From positions 1 to 64,000 of the IMG/VR virus record IMGVR_UViG_2912765049_000001: a stretch of 64,000 nt of DNA; one strand, given 5' to 3'. The notes below the pieces were generated by a model, which did not search any database, was not told where the DNA came from, and saw nothing but the letters and a program-made list of their open reading frames with translations. Positions 9,028 to 18,971 of this stretch are shown here, piece by piece (the stretch's first letter is position 1; every line of letters begins with the position of its first letter). The DNA is from a virus (lineage: Duplodnaviria > Caudoviricetes). The translations under genes were made by a program, and so were the position numbers.

Positions 9028-9762
9028 TCAGGATGCGAGAGGGAAGGCGTTGTCCAGGAACACGAAGATGTTGTGCGCGGCACGCCGGGTGCGACGGCTC
9101 TCGTTGTGGCTCTTGGTGACGGTGCGCATCTTGTCGAGCAGCGCCTCGCCCTGCACGATGTTGATCTCGCGGTCCTCGTCGTTGTGGTCCTGGTGGAACT
9201 GGACGTGTCCGTTGTTGTCGACCGTGGCGTCGTGCACGGGCAGCACCTGCGCGATGCCGGTGCTGCCCAGCTCCTTGCGCCGGTCCTTCAGCGCGTTGTC
9301 CACGGTGTCGGCGGCGTGCAGGACCCAGTCGACCGCGACGCTGGCGTCCGCGCCTCCGGCGTGCAGCTCGCCCGCGCCGTCCAGGAAGATGGTCGCGCCC
9401 TGGGGCCAGGCCCAGTTCATGACGACCACCACCAGGTGGGCGGTCGGCGGAACGCACAGGTGGTAGACGCGGTCCTCGTCCTGGCCGATGGCCCGGCCGT
9501 GCAGCAGGTACCAGCCCTCCCGGGTGAGCGGGGCGAGTTCCTGCGACGTGAGCTTGGTGAGCCGGGCGTTGGCCCGGGTGGCGCTGTCCGGCCGGCCGCT
9601 GCCGACCTTGCCCCCGGCGACGCCGGCCGCGCCCCCGATCAGCAGCGCCCAGCCCAGGCCGCCGGTGAAGGCGCCGACCAGGGCCCCGGCCGCGCCGGTG
9701 GCCACGCCGTACACGGCGGTGTTGACGACGCGCTCGGCGCGCGCCCGCATGGTGGTGCTCAC
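9028..9762 (-). CDS. membrane-anchored degenerate NERD-like protein
   Basis: Gly/Ala-rich TM segment, then LAPLTREGWYLLHGRAI...VYHLCVPP, paralleling the upstream NERD protein; GTGA overlap. Confidence 0.6.
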   Translation of the reverse strand: MSTTMRARAERVVNTAVYGVATGAAGALVGAFTGGLGWALLIGGAAGVAGGKVGSGRPDSATRANARLTKLTSQELAPLTREGWYLLHGRAIGQDEDRVYHLCVPPTAHLVVVVMNWAWPQGATIFLDGAGELHAGGADASVAVDWVLHAADTVDNALKDRRKELGSTGIAQVLPVHDATVDNNGHVQFHQDHNDEDREINIVQGEALLDKMRTVTKSHNESRRTRRAAHNIFVFLDNAFPLAS

Positions 9763-10430
9763 CGGCGGCCTCCTTCCACGTAGCGGGGCAGGAGCTGCTC
9801 GAGGACGCCGGCCACGTACGCGGCCCACTCCGGGTCGGGGGGGCCGGCCATCTCCCGCAGGACGCTCAACAGCCGGTCGGCGGGGACGACTTGGACCCCC
9901 TTGACGGTGAAGCCGTCGCCGGAGACGGGCGCGTTGTGCATGGCGATCAGCGGGGTGACCTCTACGGTGCGGTCGGTGCCGCGGCGGGCCAGCGCGTTGT
10001 GGAGGGACTGGTCGATCTGCGACGTCTCGAACAGGACGCTGCTGATGACGCGCGGGTACTTCTTGTCTCCGTGGGCCAGCTGGTCCTTGACCGCGTGCAC
10101 CACGGCGTGGCGGTGCCACAGCTTCGCGTCGACCGGGATCACCTTGCCGCTCGGCGAGATCAGGGCGATGTCCACGTTGGCGACGTCCAGGCCGGGGATG
10201 TGCCGGTCGAACAGGCCGAACCAGCCCTCCGGTGCCAGGGCGCGTACCAGTTCGGCGGTCCGGCGCTCCCCCTCGGCGCCGGCCTCCCAGTTCGCGGCTT
10301 CCTCCACGGCCTCCGCGGAGGGCTCGGCGCCGAAGCCGAAGTAGGCCCGGGTGCGGGCCCAAAGACCGGTGGGCTGGGCCGCCTGTAACGTCGCGTCGGC
10401 GCGGGCCTGCGCGGAGTTCCCGGCGCTCAT
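9759..10430 (-). CDS. NERD domain nuclease-related protein
   Basis: WEAGAEGERRTA, DRHIP, ANVDIALISPSG and VDAKLW motifs; TTA codon at 10386-10388. Confidence 0.85.
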   Translation of the reverse strand: MSAGNSAQARADATLQAAQPTGLWARTRAYFGFGAEPSAEAVEEAANWEAGAEGERRTAELVRALAPEGWFGLFDRHIPGLDVANVDIALISPSGKVIPVDAKLWHRHAVVHAVKDQLAHGDKKYPRVISSVLFETSQIDQSLHNALARRGTDRTVEVTPLIAMHNAPVSGDGFTVKGVQVVPADRLLSVLREMAGPPDPEWAAYVAGVLEQLLPRYVEGGRR

Positions 10431-11233
10431 CCGCTCGCCCCCAGGACCTCGAGGGCGTGCACCTGGTACAGGGTGATGCCGTGGCCGCGGAAGGCGACCT
10501 TGCCGGAGGCCCAGCCGCAGGTGCACGTCAGCTGCGCCGTGGAGTCGATGTTCTCCTTCGTCCAGGCGGGCTGGTGCTGGTGCTCCCCGGCCCACAGGCG
10601 AGAAGCATGGTCGGGGCAGCCGAAGCCGACAGCCGGGGCGGACTTCCAGCCTTCCGACTGCTCGCGGTCCTCCCCCGACCACGCCTTCACCAGGTCGACC
10701 TCGCGGGTGCAGCCGGGCAGGAAGCACACGCGCCGGGTGCTGCCGTGTTCCTCCCACTCCTTCCAGCTGGCACCGAGTCCGTTGATCAGGAGGGCGAGTG
10801 CGTCGTCGCCGAGCAGGATGCCGAGGTCGGCGATGCTGGTCGGTCGGCTCGTGTACGCGAACGCCGCCGCGGCTTCCTGCTTGGCGTCGGCAACCCACGC
10901 GTTGATGTCGGCGCCGGCGGGCTGGGCGATGTTCCGCTCGATCCGCAGGCCCACCCCCAGCGGGTGCGGCCCGTCGCCGGTCGGCCCGTGGTAGAACCCG
11001 GCAAACGCCGCCCCGTACTTCGGGTCGACGCCGTGCAGGAAGTGCAACATCCGGGCCGACAGCGCGGCGAGCTGGCCAGCGGTGGACTGCCAGCCGAAGG
11101 TTGCCGGGTTCACGGGCAGCGGCGACGCCCCGGCGCGCAGGTACATCCGGGCCAGGCCCTCGAGCGTCTCCGCGACGGAAGGGACATCCTCCTCATCCGT
11201 CTCGTGGGTCGTCAGGTCGGTTGCGTCGGTCAC
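10427..11233 (-). CDS. hypothetical protein with C-terminal Cys/His (Zn) motifs
   Basis: CFLPGC, CPDH and CTC motifs; coupled to the NERD gene. Confidence 0.65.
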   Translation of the reverse strand: MTDATDLTTHETDEEDVPSVAETLEGLARMYLRAGASPLPVNPATFGWQSTAGQLAALSARMLHFLHGVDPKYGAAFAGFYHGPTGDGPHPLGVGLRIERNIAQPAGADINAWVADAKQEAAAAFAYTSRPTSIADLGILLGDDALALLINGLGASWKEWEEHGSTRRVCFLPGCTREVDLVKAWSGEDREQSEGWKSAPAVGFGCPDHASRLWAGEHQHQPAWTKENIDSTAQLTCTCGWASGKVAFRGHGITLYQVHALEVLGASG

Positions 11234-11258
11234 GGTCGCGGTGTCCTCTCGTTCGTCG

Positions 11259-11816
11259 TCAGGCGCCGGACGGTGCGTACGGCACCAGCGGTGTCTTGTC
11301 GTGCAGGTACAAGGGGTGCAGGGGCTGGCCGGCCTTCGTGGTGCCAAAGCAGCGCAGCGCGATGCCCCGCCGCCCCAGCCGGGCGGCGACCTGGTCGGCG
11401 CGGCCGTGCAGGCCGCCGTGCGCGCCCCACGCGGCGATCACGAGGGACGACCTGGCGACGGTGCGGTCGATGAAGGAGTCGGCCAGCGCGCCGACCGGGT
11501 CGGGGTCCGTCTTCAGCGCGGCCGGGTCGGTCGCGCAGCGGGCGAACAGGTTGACCACCGCCAGCCCGCCGGCCTTCTCACGCCGCGCGAAGGAGATGCA
11601 GCGGGTGATGGTGGGGTCGTTGTCCCGGGCGCCCGCCGTCGAGGGGTTGAGCATCACAAACACGGCGAGCGGCAAAGCCGGGTCCCACAGCCGGGTCAGC
11701 AGGTAGCGGTAGGAGCGGTCGGCGGTGAAGACCGCCGTGCCCAGCGGCCGGTCCTCGAAGCCGTGGTCCTCGTCGACGACCAGGTCGGCGAGCGGCTCGG
11801 CCACGGCGGCCGTCAC
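11259..11816 (-). CDS. DUF1643 family protein
   Basis: YRYLLTRLWD, FVMLNPSTA, DPTITRC, VVNLFA, IAAWG and PLHPLY motifs. Confidence 0.92.
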   Translation of the reverse strand: MTAAVAEPLADLVVDEDHGFEDRPLGTAVFTADRSYRYLLTRLWDPALPLAVFVMLNPSTAGARDNDPTITRCISFARREKAGGLAVVNLFARCATDPAALKTDPDPVGALADSFIDRTVARSSLVIAAWGAHGGLHGRADQVAARLGRRGIALRCFGTTKAGQPLHPLYLHDKTPLVPYAPSGA

Positions 11817-12577
11817 TGCGGGCACCAGCCGATGTGCCGCAGCGGCCCGATCCGGTCCTCCAGCTCCTGGCGCTCGACGGCCTCCTCCCGGGCCATGACC
11901 AGCTGGATGACGGCGTCGCTGCGGGGCGAGGTCAGGTACTCCACCCATGGGTCGCCGTCCTGGTCGACGTAGAGAGCGGCGTGGCCGTCGGACGGCGGAG
12001 GCGACATCTGCGACTGCTGGAAGCGCTGAAGTTTGTCGTGGTACCTGCGGTTGTAGCGGGCGTCGGCCAGAGCGTGGTGCTGGCCGGTGGTCTGGAAGAG
12101 CAGCTGCGGTGCTCCCAGGCGCCGACGCAGGGACTCCAGATCGTCGTACGGGACGCGCGGGATGCCGGGCGCCATCGTGTTCCAGTCGTTGCCGAAGAGG
12201 CGGTGCAGATAGGCGAGGTCGTCCTTGCCGTAGTTGGCGAGCAGCTGCGCCTCGGTCTCGCCGGGGAAGTACGCCTCGACCTCTTCGGCGATCTGCGCGG
12301 CCGACCTCGCGTACTGGAAGTCCGGGTGGTCCTTGTCCCAGGTGACGCTGGTGATCGTTCCGTCGGTCCAGCGAGTGACCTTGACCGGCAGATGCGGCAG
12401 GACGTGGTCGGGGATGAACGGGTGGTCTGCAACGGCGTCGAGGTCGGCGTCGAGGTTGACGGCGTAGTAGTCGGCGGCCGGGCTGGCGTTGTCCGTGAGG
12501 GCGAGCGCCAGCAGCCCGGACAGCGCCGGGTTGCGCGGGTCGAACTCCGTGTCGAGGTAGACGAAGCGGCTCGTCAT
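11813..12577 (-). CDS. 3'-5' exonuclease, RNase AS (Rv2179c)-like DEDDh
   Basis: YLDTEF, YYAVN, HVLPHLP and HHALADARY motifs. Confidence 0.85.
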   Translation of the reverse strand: MTSRFVYLDTEFDPRNPALSGLLALALTDNASPAADYYAVNLDADLDAVADHPFIPDHVLPHLPVKVTRWTDGTITSVTWDKDHPDFQYARSAAQIAEEVEAYFPGETEAQLLANYGKDDLAYLHRLFGNDWNTMAPGIPRVPYDDLESLRRRLGAPQLLFQTTGQHHALADARYNRRYHDKLQRFQQSQMSPPPSDGHAALYVDQDGDPWVEYLTSPRSDAVIQLVMAREEAVERQELEDRIGPLRHIGWCPQ

Positions 12578-12619
12578 CAGGGTGGTGGCTCCTTGTCGGT
12601 TGGGGCGAAGTGGTGCTGT

Positions 12620-12841
12620 TCAGCGGCGGCCGGCCGTCCAGCAGTCGGGGCAGATGTCCCGGCCGGGCTTCGGGCGGTGCCACCCGCCTTCCGTACGCAG
12701 CAGGCGGCGCAGCTCGGTGTGGTTGGCGACCCACACGGGCCAGTGGCCCTCGCTGTCGCACTGGGCGTCCGGTGCGGCGGGATCCTCCTCGTCGGGGATC
12801 GTCGCGTCGCACCGGACGACCAGGTACACGTCGGCGGTCAC
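12620..12841 (-). CDS. small Cys-rich hypothetical protein
   Basis: VRCD...QCD...GW...DICPDC. Confidence 0.65.
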   Translation of the reverse strand: MTADVYLVVRCDATIPDEEDPAAPDAQCDSEGHWPVWVANHTELRRLLRTEGGWHRPKPGRDICPDCWTAGRR

Positions 12842-12843
12842 GG

Positions 12844-13746
12844 CTACTTGCTGTGCTCGAGGGCGCCGTGCGGGACGTAGCCCTTGCCGTCGCAGGCGGA
12901 GCAGGCGGCGACGCTGGCCTCAGCCACCTGCTCAAGCCAGTACTCGACCTGCTGCTCCCACTCGGCGAGCGCGGCGTCGTAGTTCTCCCCGTACACGGCG
13001 GCGGGCACCGGAAGGTCGACGCTGCGGTCGACGGTGACCTGGACGGTGCGCCCGGACTTCAGCGGCTGCCCCCTGCGCCCCGTGTTCCGGACGAAGGTGG
13101 TCCTGGGCTGGTCGTAGGGAACGCGGACCGTGATGTGCAGCCCGGGCCTGTCCTTGTAGTCGACGAAGCAGTACTTCACCCGCGGCATCGCCGTGATGAG
13201 CTTCTCCAAGTGCTGCTTCAGGCCCGGAATGTGGCCAGGGAAGAGGTGCCGGTACTCCGCACGCTGGGTCAGCTCGACAGGAAGGGCAGCGCGCCACTGC
13301 GGCTCGTCCGGCGCCGGGGGCTGGCGGCCCTCGAGCAGCATGAACGGCCCCTCGTAGACGTGTTCGACGGGCTCGAGGTCCTCGGTGACGCGCTCGTACA
13401 GGCCCCAGTACTCGTCATGGTCGCCGACGCGCTCGTTGAAGTCCTCGACGCTGAGCTCGGCCGGGTACCGCGTCGACAGCGCCGTGGGGTCGCTCAGCTT
13501 GTAGCGGAGCGTCTTGGGGTTCGGCTGGTAGACGGCGGTGATCCGCTGGGCGTGCCGGTCGGTGACGTACCAGTCGCCCTTGGCGTCGACGAGCGGCACC
13601 AGGCGGTTCATCGGCTCGCCGTCGGCGAAGATGCCGCTGCGCAGTCCGGGGCGCCGCTCGGGCTCGGGCAGGTAGTACGCGAACCGGCCGTCGGGCAGGC
13701 GCAGGGCGTAGCGGGGCAGGGTGGTCACGGGTGCGTGGCCTTTCAT
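12844..13746 (-). CDS. hypothetical protein with C-terminal CxxCxGxG motif
   Basis: long GC3-biased ORF, ATGA overlap. Confidence 0.75.
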   Translation of the reverse strand: MKGHAPVTTLPRYALRLPDGRFAYYLPEPERRPGLRSGIFADGEPMNRLVPLVDAKGDWYVTDRHAQRITAVYQPNPKTLRYKLSDPTALSTRYPAELSVEDFNERVGDHDEYWGLYERVTEDLEPVEHVYEGPFMLLEGRQPPAPDEPQWRAALPVELTQRAEYRHLFPGHIPGLKQHLEKLITAMPRVKYCFVDYKDRPGLHITVRVPYDQPRTTFVRNTGRRGQPLKSGRTVQVTVDRSVDLPVPAAVYGENYDAALAEWEQQVEYWLEQVAEASVAACSACDGKGYVPHGALEHSK

Positions 13747-14081
13747 GTCGTTGCTGGAGCCGGGGCCAGGTGGCCGCCGATGAACGCCAGGAGCTGGACG
13801 GCGAGGCAGAGCAGTTCGAGGGCGCCGGCGAGCGCGGCCTGGATGACGTAGGCGAGTGCGCGGGTCGCGTCGGCGACCGCCTCGTACGGGTCGTCGTTCC
13901 CGACGCGGCCGAGCAGGGCCACGGTGAGGGTGTAGGCGAGGACCGCCAGGCCGGCCTGCCAGTACAGGTTCGCGCCCTGCTGCGCGGCGTAGCCGAAGGC
14001 CACACGTCCGACGATCAGGCCGCCGACCGCCATCAGCAGCGGTACGAAGTAGTCGGTGAAGCGGCGGACCTGCGACGTCAT
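13743..14081 (-). CDS. small membrane protein
   Basis: hydrophobic helices, GGAGG RBS, first gene under cassette copy 3. Confidence 0.65.
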   Translation of the reverse strand: MTSQVRRFTDYFVPLLMAVGGLIVGRVAFGYAAQQGANLYWQAGLAVLAYTLTVALLGRVGNDDPYEAVADATRALAYVIQAALAGALELLCLAVQLLAFIGGHLAPAPATT

Positions 14082-14187
14082 CGGAGCCTCCGTGGCCGAG
14101 AAGGGGGTGGCCGCGCCCCGCCTGGGGGGGGTGGCGAAGCGCGGCCGGTGCGTGGCCCCGGGGAGTTGGTGGGGCCGCGCAGGACAG

Positions 14188-14224
14188 ACACTAGCTGAAA
14201 CCCAATACGTAAGCAACGGGTTTC
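14188..14224 (-). promoter_or_regulatory. conserved promoter/operator cassette copy 3
   Basis: core at 14198-14216; TTGCTT-N17-TAGTGT; perfect GAAACCC...GGGTTTC arms. Confidence 0.82.
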
Positions 14225-14294
14225 AATGCTGAGGGGCGCAACCCGACCGGACCCCATGCCGGGACCCGGCCTGTTCCGCTCGAGATGCCGGCCG

Positions 14295-15191
14295 TTACGC
14301 GGAAGGCCCCTCGTCCGCCTTCGGCAGGGCCGTCGCCTGCTCCAACTCGCCCACGATGCGGGTCAGTTCGTTGCGATGGTGGGCCAGAGTCGACGCGAGC
14401 CGCACCGTGCGCTCGCGACCGCGCTGCTGCTCGATGTGGGGTTGCGCGAACGCGGCCAGGGCCTCGGCCGCCTCGTCGGTGGAGACGTACCGCCCCCACC
14501 CGCCGCTGCCGCTGAGCCGCCCGCCCAGCGCCTGCTCCAGACGCTTGAGGAGCGCGAGCTTCTCCTCGACGTGGGGGTTGCGGGCCGTGCCGCCCTCGTC
14601 GCGCACCCGCTGCAGCTCCGCGCGGTGCCGGTCGCCGAGTTCGTCGCGCTGGCGGCGCAGGGCGTTCATCCGCACGGTCTCGGTGTTGGTGAGCAGGGTG
14701 ACCAGCAGACCCGTCGTCAGCTCCGGGGTGCGCTTGGCGGGTTCGACGAGGACCTGGAAGCGCCGGCCGCGGGCCTTGGGCACCATCAGCCCCCACCCTT
14801 CGGGCAGCTCGTCCGGCCGGGCGACGGTGGTGTTGGGCACCACGAGCCAGAACCGCGAGCTGTACGGCCACCACGCCTCCGCCTTGCCCGGGTCGCGCAA
14901 CTCCCGGAGCCAGTCGGCGCGTTGGGTCTTGACCTCGCACACGTCGATCTCGCCGCCGCCCCGCGACGCCCACGTGGCGATGTGGACCGCGTCCGCCCGG
15001 CGGCCGGTGCGCTCGGGGGCGGTGACCTCGGTGAGGAACACGGCGCCCGGTATCTCCTCCCCCGGCTTGATGAAGTGGTCGCGCAGCATCCGGGTCAGCA
15101 CCTCGGTGGTGACGTCCGCGATGCCGTGCCGGCCTCCCCGGCCGGGCTGCGCCGGGACCGACAGCGCGGTCTGCCCGCCCGCGGCGCTCAC
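14295..15191 (-). CDS. MmcB-like PD-(D/E)XK nuclease
   Basis: EV...RRADAV...CEVKTQRADWLREL...K...ELPEGWGL. Confidence 0.8.
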   Translation of the reverse strand: MSAAGGQTALSVPAQPGRGGRHGIADVTTEVLTRMLRDHFIKPGEEIPGAVFLTEVTAPERTGRRADAVHIATWASRGGGEIDVCEVKTQRADWLRELRDPGKAEAWWPYSSRFWLVVPNTTVARPDELPEGWGLMVPKARGRRFQVLVEPAKRTPELTTGLLVTLLTNTETVRMNALRRQRDELGDRHRAELQRVRDEGGTARNPHVEEKLALLKRLEQALGGRLSGSGGWGRYVSTDEAAEALAAFAQPHIEQQRGRERTVRLASTLAHHRNELTRIVGELEQATALPKADEGPSA

Positions 15192-15240
15192 CGGGTGCGC
15201 TCCGGGGCTCGGGCCGGTAAGGCGGGCGGTCGCTGGGGTG

Positions 15241-15720
15241 TCATCGTGTCCTCTCCTTCTGTGGCGGCTGCTGGTCAGGCCCTGCCGCCCGCTCGCGGTA
15301 CTCGCGGACGTCGGCGGCGTGGGCGTCCTTGCAGGGCTGGCACGGCTCTTCGCAGTGGTAGAGGTGCCGGCGGTAGGCGGCCTCGGTGCCGCACGGCTTC
15401 GTCGTACGGCGGCGCTGTCGGCGCGCGGCGGACTCGAGGCGGCACGCCTCCCGGCACGACTCGCAGGCCGCTTCCCGGCGTCGGCGGTGGCGGCGGTAGC
15501 CGCGCATCGTGCCGTGCGGGAAGTCGTCGGCCGGCTCCGGGGGCAGCAGGTGCCGTTCGGCGACGGTGAGCAGGGTGGCGACCTGCCGGTCGGTGGCGGC
15601 GATGCCCATCCGGCGGGCGGCGTACAGCATCGCGTCCAGGGCCTGTTCGTGGCCGTACGTCTCGGCAGGCGGGGCGGGTGGTGCCGGGCCGGGGGCGCGC
15701 TCGAGGAGGGCGGTCGTCAT
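15241..15720 (-). CDS. protein with two (H/C)GT..Y..H....C..C zinc-binding repeats
   Basis: HGTMRGYRRH...CESCR and CGTEAAYRRH...CQPCK. Confidence 0.75.
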   Translation of the reverse strand: MTTALLERAPGPAPPAPPAETYGHEQALDAMLYAARRMGIAATDRQVATLLTVAERHLLPPEPADDFPHGTMRGYRRHRRRREAACESCREACRLESAARRQRRRTTKPCGTEAAYRRHLYHCEEPCQPCKDAHAADVREYRERAAGPDQQPPQKERTR

Positions 15721-16163
15721 CGGCGATGCGCGGGGCAGTCGGCCACCGGGGCGTGCGGGGCGCACTCGTAGCCGTGCTCCGGGCAGGTGATGTCCTCCCA
15801 GCCCCTGCGCCAGGCCCGCTCGCTGAAGGTGGCCGGCGCCCATCCGGCGTTCGGGTGCCCGTGGCGCTTGAAGCCGAAGGCGCGCGGCTCGGTGGTGCCC
15901 GGATAGAGGGCGATGCCCTCGCAGCGGAAGGTGATGCCGTTGCGGACGTACAGGCGCTCGGGCTCGAAGAACTGCTCGTCGACGACGTCGTCGAGGTGGA
16001 GGAGCTGCCTGCCGAGGGCCTCGCGCTCCTGGTCGTCCAGGGCGAGCGCGGCGGGCTGGCCGTCGCTGGTCGTGCAGGGGATCCAGCTGGTGTCGTCCGT
16101 CCCGACCGGCGGGTAGACGTCCCTGTTCCAGCGCAGTTCGGTCACGGTGCTGGTGGTGGTCAC
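15717..16163 (-). CDS. hypothetical protein
   Basis: coupled overlap, GC3 bias. Confidence 0.65.
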   Translation of the reverse strand: MTTTSTVTELRWNRDVYPPVGTDDTSWIPCTTSDGQPAALALDDQEREALGRQLLHLDDVVDEQFFEPERLYVRNGITFRCEGIALYPGTTEPRAFGFKRHGHPNAGWAPATFSERAWRRGWEDITCPEHGYECAPHAPVADCPAHRR

Positions 16164-16250
16164 GGCGATGGCCCTTTCGTGCGCGGGGAGTTGAGGACGA
16201 GGCCCGCTCCGGCCCGGGTGAGCGGGGCCGGAGCGGTCGGGCGGGGTGGT

Positions 16251-17042
16251 TCAGCCGACGCTGCTGAGGACGTTCTCGGCGAAGCGCAGCGCGGTGGCCC
16301 GGTCCATCTGGGCGGGCGGGTCCTGGTCGGTGGGCGCGGCGGCCCGGTCCAGGAGGGTGGCGAGGTGGCGCAGGGAGTTCGCGGCGGCGGCCAGGGTGGC
16401 GTCGTCGTCGCTGGGGCGGACGACCACCGCCAGGTTGTCGAGTCTGGGGTCCCGGCTGAGGCACAGCTCGCCGTTGATCTGCTCGACCAGGCCCCGGTCG
16501 GTGGCCGGGTCGCCGCTTGAGGCGAAGGTGATGCGGGCTCCCTCGTGCGTGGTGACCGCCTCGAGCGTCGCGGGGTCGACTTCGGCTTCGAAGTCCAGCA
16601 GCGCGTTGGCGGCGAGGCCGGTGAGCAGCGTGGCAGCGGTCGGCAGAGGCATGGGCGGAGCCTTTCGGACGTGTGGTGGGTGGAAGCGGCGGAACTGGTA
16701 GCGCACGGCGGCCTCGACGGCCAGGGCGACGGTCTGCCACCCGCACTTCGCGCACCAGGCGACGAACCAGGTGCCGGGCTGGGCCGGGTCGTCCGGGTCG
16801 GCGGAGGCGATGCGCGGCGTGTGGGTGCGGGTGGGGCGCCGGGTGAGGCGTCCGGCCCGTACGTCGTCGAGCGGGATCTCGAGCGCGGGTACGGAGCGGG
16901 TGGCACGGGTGGTGAAGACGTCCTTGCCGGGGAGGACTTCGGCGAGGGTGAGCTGCAGCGGGATCCCGGCGTGGTCGGTGTAGACGACGCGCATCCCGGG
17001 CTCGAGGGCGTCAGGGGTGAGCAGGAGCCGGTCGGTCGGCAT
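16251..17042 (-). CDS. hypothetical protein
   Basis: GC3-biased ORF with CAKC...H motif. Confidence 0.6.
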   Translation of the reverse strand: MPTDRLLLTPDALEPGMRVVYTDHAGIPLQLTLAEVLPGKDVFTTRATRSVPALEIPLDDVRAGRLTRRPTRTHTPRIASADPDDPAQPGTWFVAWCAKCGWQTVALAVEAAVRYQFRRFHPPHVRKAPPMPLPTAATLLTGLAANALLDFEAEVDPATLEAVTTHEGARITFASSGDPATDRGLVEQINGELCLSRDPRLDNLAVVVRPSDDDATLAAAANSLRHLATLLDRAAAPTDQDPPAQMDRATALRFAENVLSSVG

Positions 17043-17118
17043 CGGGAGAGAGGGTCCTTCGGGTCGGCCTGGGGCCGGGCCGGGTGCGGCCCGGCCCCAG
17101 GGGAAGGCGGACGTCCCG

Positions 17119-17487
17119 TCAGCTGATGGGGACCAGGAGGGCGATCCGGCCGCCCTCGGCGCGACCGGGGCCGTTGAGGAGGGCCCTGACGACCTCGGCG
17201 TCGGCGGGGCCGTCCGTGGTGCCGAGGGCGACGAAGACCTTCAGCAGGAGGCGGACCTGGTCGCGGGTGTCGTCGCTGTTGGGCGGGTTCACCCCGGCGG
17301 TGCGGGCGGCGCTCGTGAAGTCCTCGGCGGTGAGCCGCTCGATCATGGCGGGGGTGGCCTGCTCGCCGAACTCGACGTACAGGGCCATGGCCATCTCGAT
17401 GGACTTGATCAGGCGGTTGTGGGCGATGCAGACCTGGCGCGAGGTGCCCTTGGGGTAGACGTCGCGGGCGGTGCGCAGTGCCGTCAT
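17119..17487 (-). CDS. hypothetical protein
   Basis: GGAG RBS, GC3 bias. Confidence 0.65.
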   Translation of the reverse strand: MTALRTARDVYPKGTSRQVCIAHNRLIKSIEMAMALYVEFGEQATPAMIERLTAEDFTSAARTAGVNPPNSDDTRDQVRLLLKVFVALGTTDGPADAEVVRALLNGPGRAEGGRIALLVPIS

Positions 17488-17579
17488 GTGGGTCTCCGTC
17501 TCTCGGGGTTGAAGGTGAAGCGGGTGCCGACGTGGCTGGCGGTACGGGGGCCGGGGCCCGTGGGCCCCGGCCGGGCCGG

Positions 17580-17840
17580 TCAGGCGACCGGCGGGGTGAT
17601 CCGCACCTCGTAGCGGTTGGCGCGGACCTGGCTGGCCGCCGCGCGCTGGTTGGAGGCGCTGACCCCGGTGAGGCTGGCCGCGTGCGCGAGGTGCAGCTCC
17701 CGGCCCTGGTCGGCGTCGGGTTCGGCGAGGGCCTTCAGCTCGGCCTCTACGGAGGCGACCTGGTCGGTCGGTACGCCGTAGCGGACCGCGCCGGGGACCG
17801 TGTAGCCGTTGGTGTCGATCAGGCGCATCTCGTGCTGCAT
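17580..17840 (-). CDS. hypothetical protein, first gene under cassette copy 4
   Basis: AGGAG RBS before ATG 17840. Confidence 0.65.
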   Translation of the reverse strand: MQHEMRLIDTNGYTVPGAVRYGVPTDQVASVEAELKALAEPDADQGRELHLAHAASLTGVSASNQRAAASQVRANRYEVRITPPVA

Positions 17841-17883
17841 GCCAGCTCCTTGGGTGTTTCGCGTGTCTTTGTCGGCACCCCAG

Positions 17884-17920
17884 ACACTACGCGAAACCCA
17901 ATACGTAAGCAATAGATTCA
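17884..17920 (-). promoter_or_regulatory. conserved promoter/operator cassette copy 4
   Basis: core at 17894-17912; TTGCTT-N17-TAGTGT. Confidence 0.82.
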
Positions 17921-18035
17921 AGGGTTTCGGGGCATGCAAAAAGGCGGCCTCCGCGGGGAGACCGCCCTGGTCAGAAGCTTGCTGGCGCGGGAGGCCGGCC
18001 ACCGGGGCGGGCCCCGACAGACGGCCGTCGCCGCC

Positions 18036-18971
18036 TCACGCGGCGTTCGCCGCCTGGTCCCGCAGGAGTTCGCTCGGCGAGATGTACACCCGCCGCCACG
18101 GCGGGGTGCGGCCTGCCTCCCGCTCCTTGGCCTTGGCCCGCTCCCAGGCTCGGGAGACCGCGGCCTCCGTCGCCTCGAGGCGCTCCGCCACCTGCGCGAC
18201 CGTCAGGTCCGTCCACTCCATGAGGTGGACGAGGACCTCCCTGCGGGACGCCGCGTCCAGGATGACCGACTCCCCCAGCAGGAACCGGTCCGCGAGGTTC
18301 TCCCCCTGCCCGAGCAGCGACACCCGAGCATCGGTCTGCGGCAGCGCGGAAGGGTTGTCGATGAGGTCGTCGTCCCACGCGAGCGGCCCGTGAAAGCCAG
18401 CGGCCTGTGCCGTTCGGCGGACCCGCTCGGCAACCCAGGCCCGGATGCCGTGGTCCTCGGGACGCTCGTTCCACAGCTCGTCGTACAGCTGCACCACCGT
18501 CTTCGCCAGCGGCACCGAGGTCCGTGCGAAGTTCAGCGAGTTCCTGAAGGAGCAGTACGGTCGTCCGGCCCGCTCGGCCAGCATCGCCCGCGACCATCCG
18601 CCGACCGCGAGCGCCTCGACACGACGCCGTGTCCCGGTCGGGTCGACGGTGGCGCTGTCGGGGAAGTCCTCCAGCTTCGGCCAGAACCCCAGGACCGCCT
18701 CACCGATCTCCCGGGTGACCTTCTCCCCCGGCCCGTAGCCGTAGGTACCGGCCGTCACGTGGCGCAGCGCCTGGGGCTGAAGTCCCAGGGCCTGTTCAAC
18801 TCCCTTGATCGGCATGCCCAGTTCGGCCAGCGCCCGCAGGTGTGCGCGGACCGGCTCGGCGGGCATGAACGGGTCCCACTGCCCGTAGGCGATCAGGCGC
18901 CGCCGCCGGGCGGCCCAGCGGGCGTGTGCCGCCCGCTCGGCCGGCCCGCGGGTGGGGGTCGCCGTGCTCAC
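18036..18971 (-). CDS. actinophage-type multi-HTH DNA-binding protein ('PLAWDD' family)
   Basis: AEPVRAHLRAL, DPTGTRRRVEALA, GPLAWDDDLIDNP, C-terminal HTH; paralog at 36688-37521. Confidence 0.75.
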   Translation of the reverse strand: MSTATPTRGPAERAAHARWAARRRRLIAYGQWDPFMPAEPVRAHLRALAELGMPIKGVEQALGLQPQALRHVTAGTYGYGPGEKVTREIGEAVLGFWPKLEDFPDSATVDPTGTRRRVEALAVGGWSRAMLAERAGRPYCSFRNSLNFARTSVPLAKTVVQLYDELWNERPEDHGIRAWVAERVRRTAQAAGFHGPLAWDDDLIDNPSALPQTDARVSLLGQGENLADRFLLGESVILDAASRREVLVHLMEWTDLTVAQVAERLEATEAAVSRAWERAKAKEREAGRTPPWRRVYISPSELLRDQAANAA

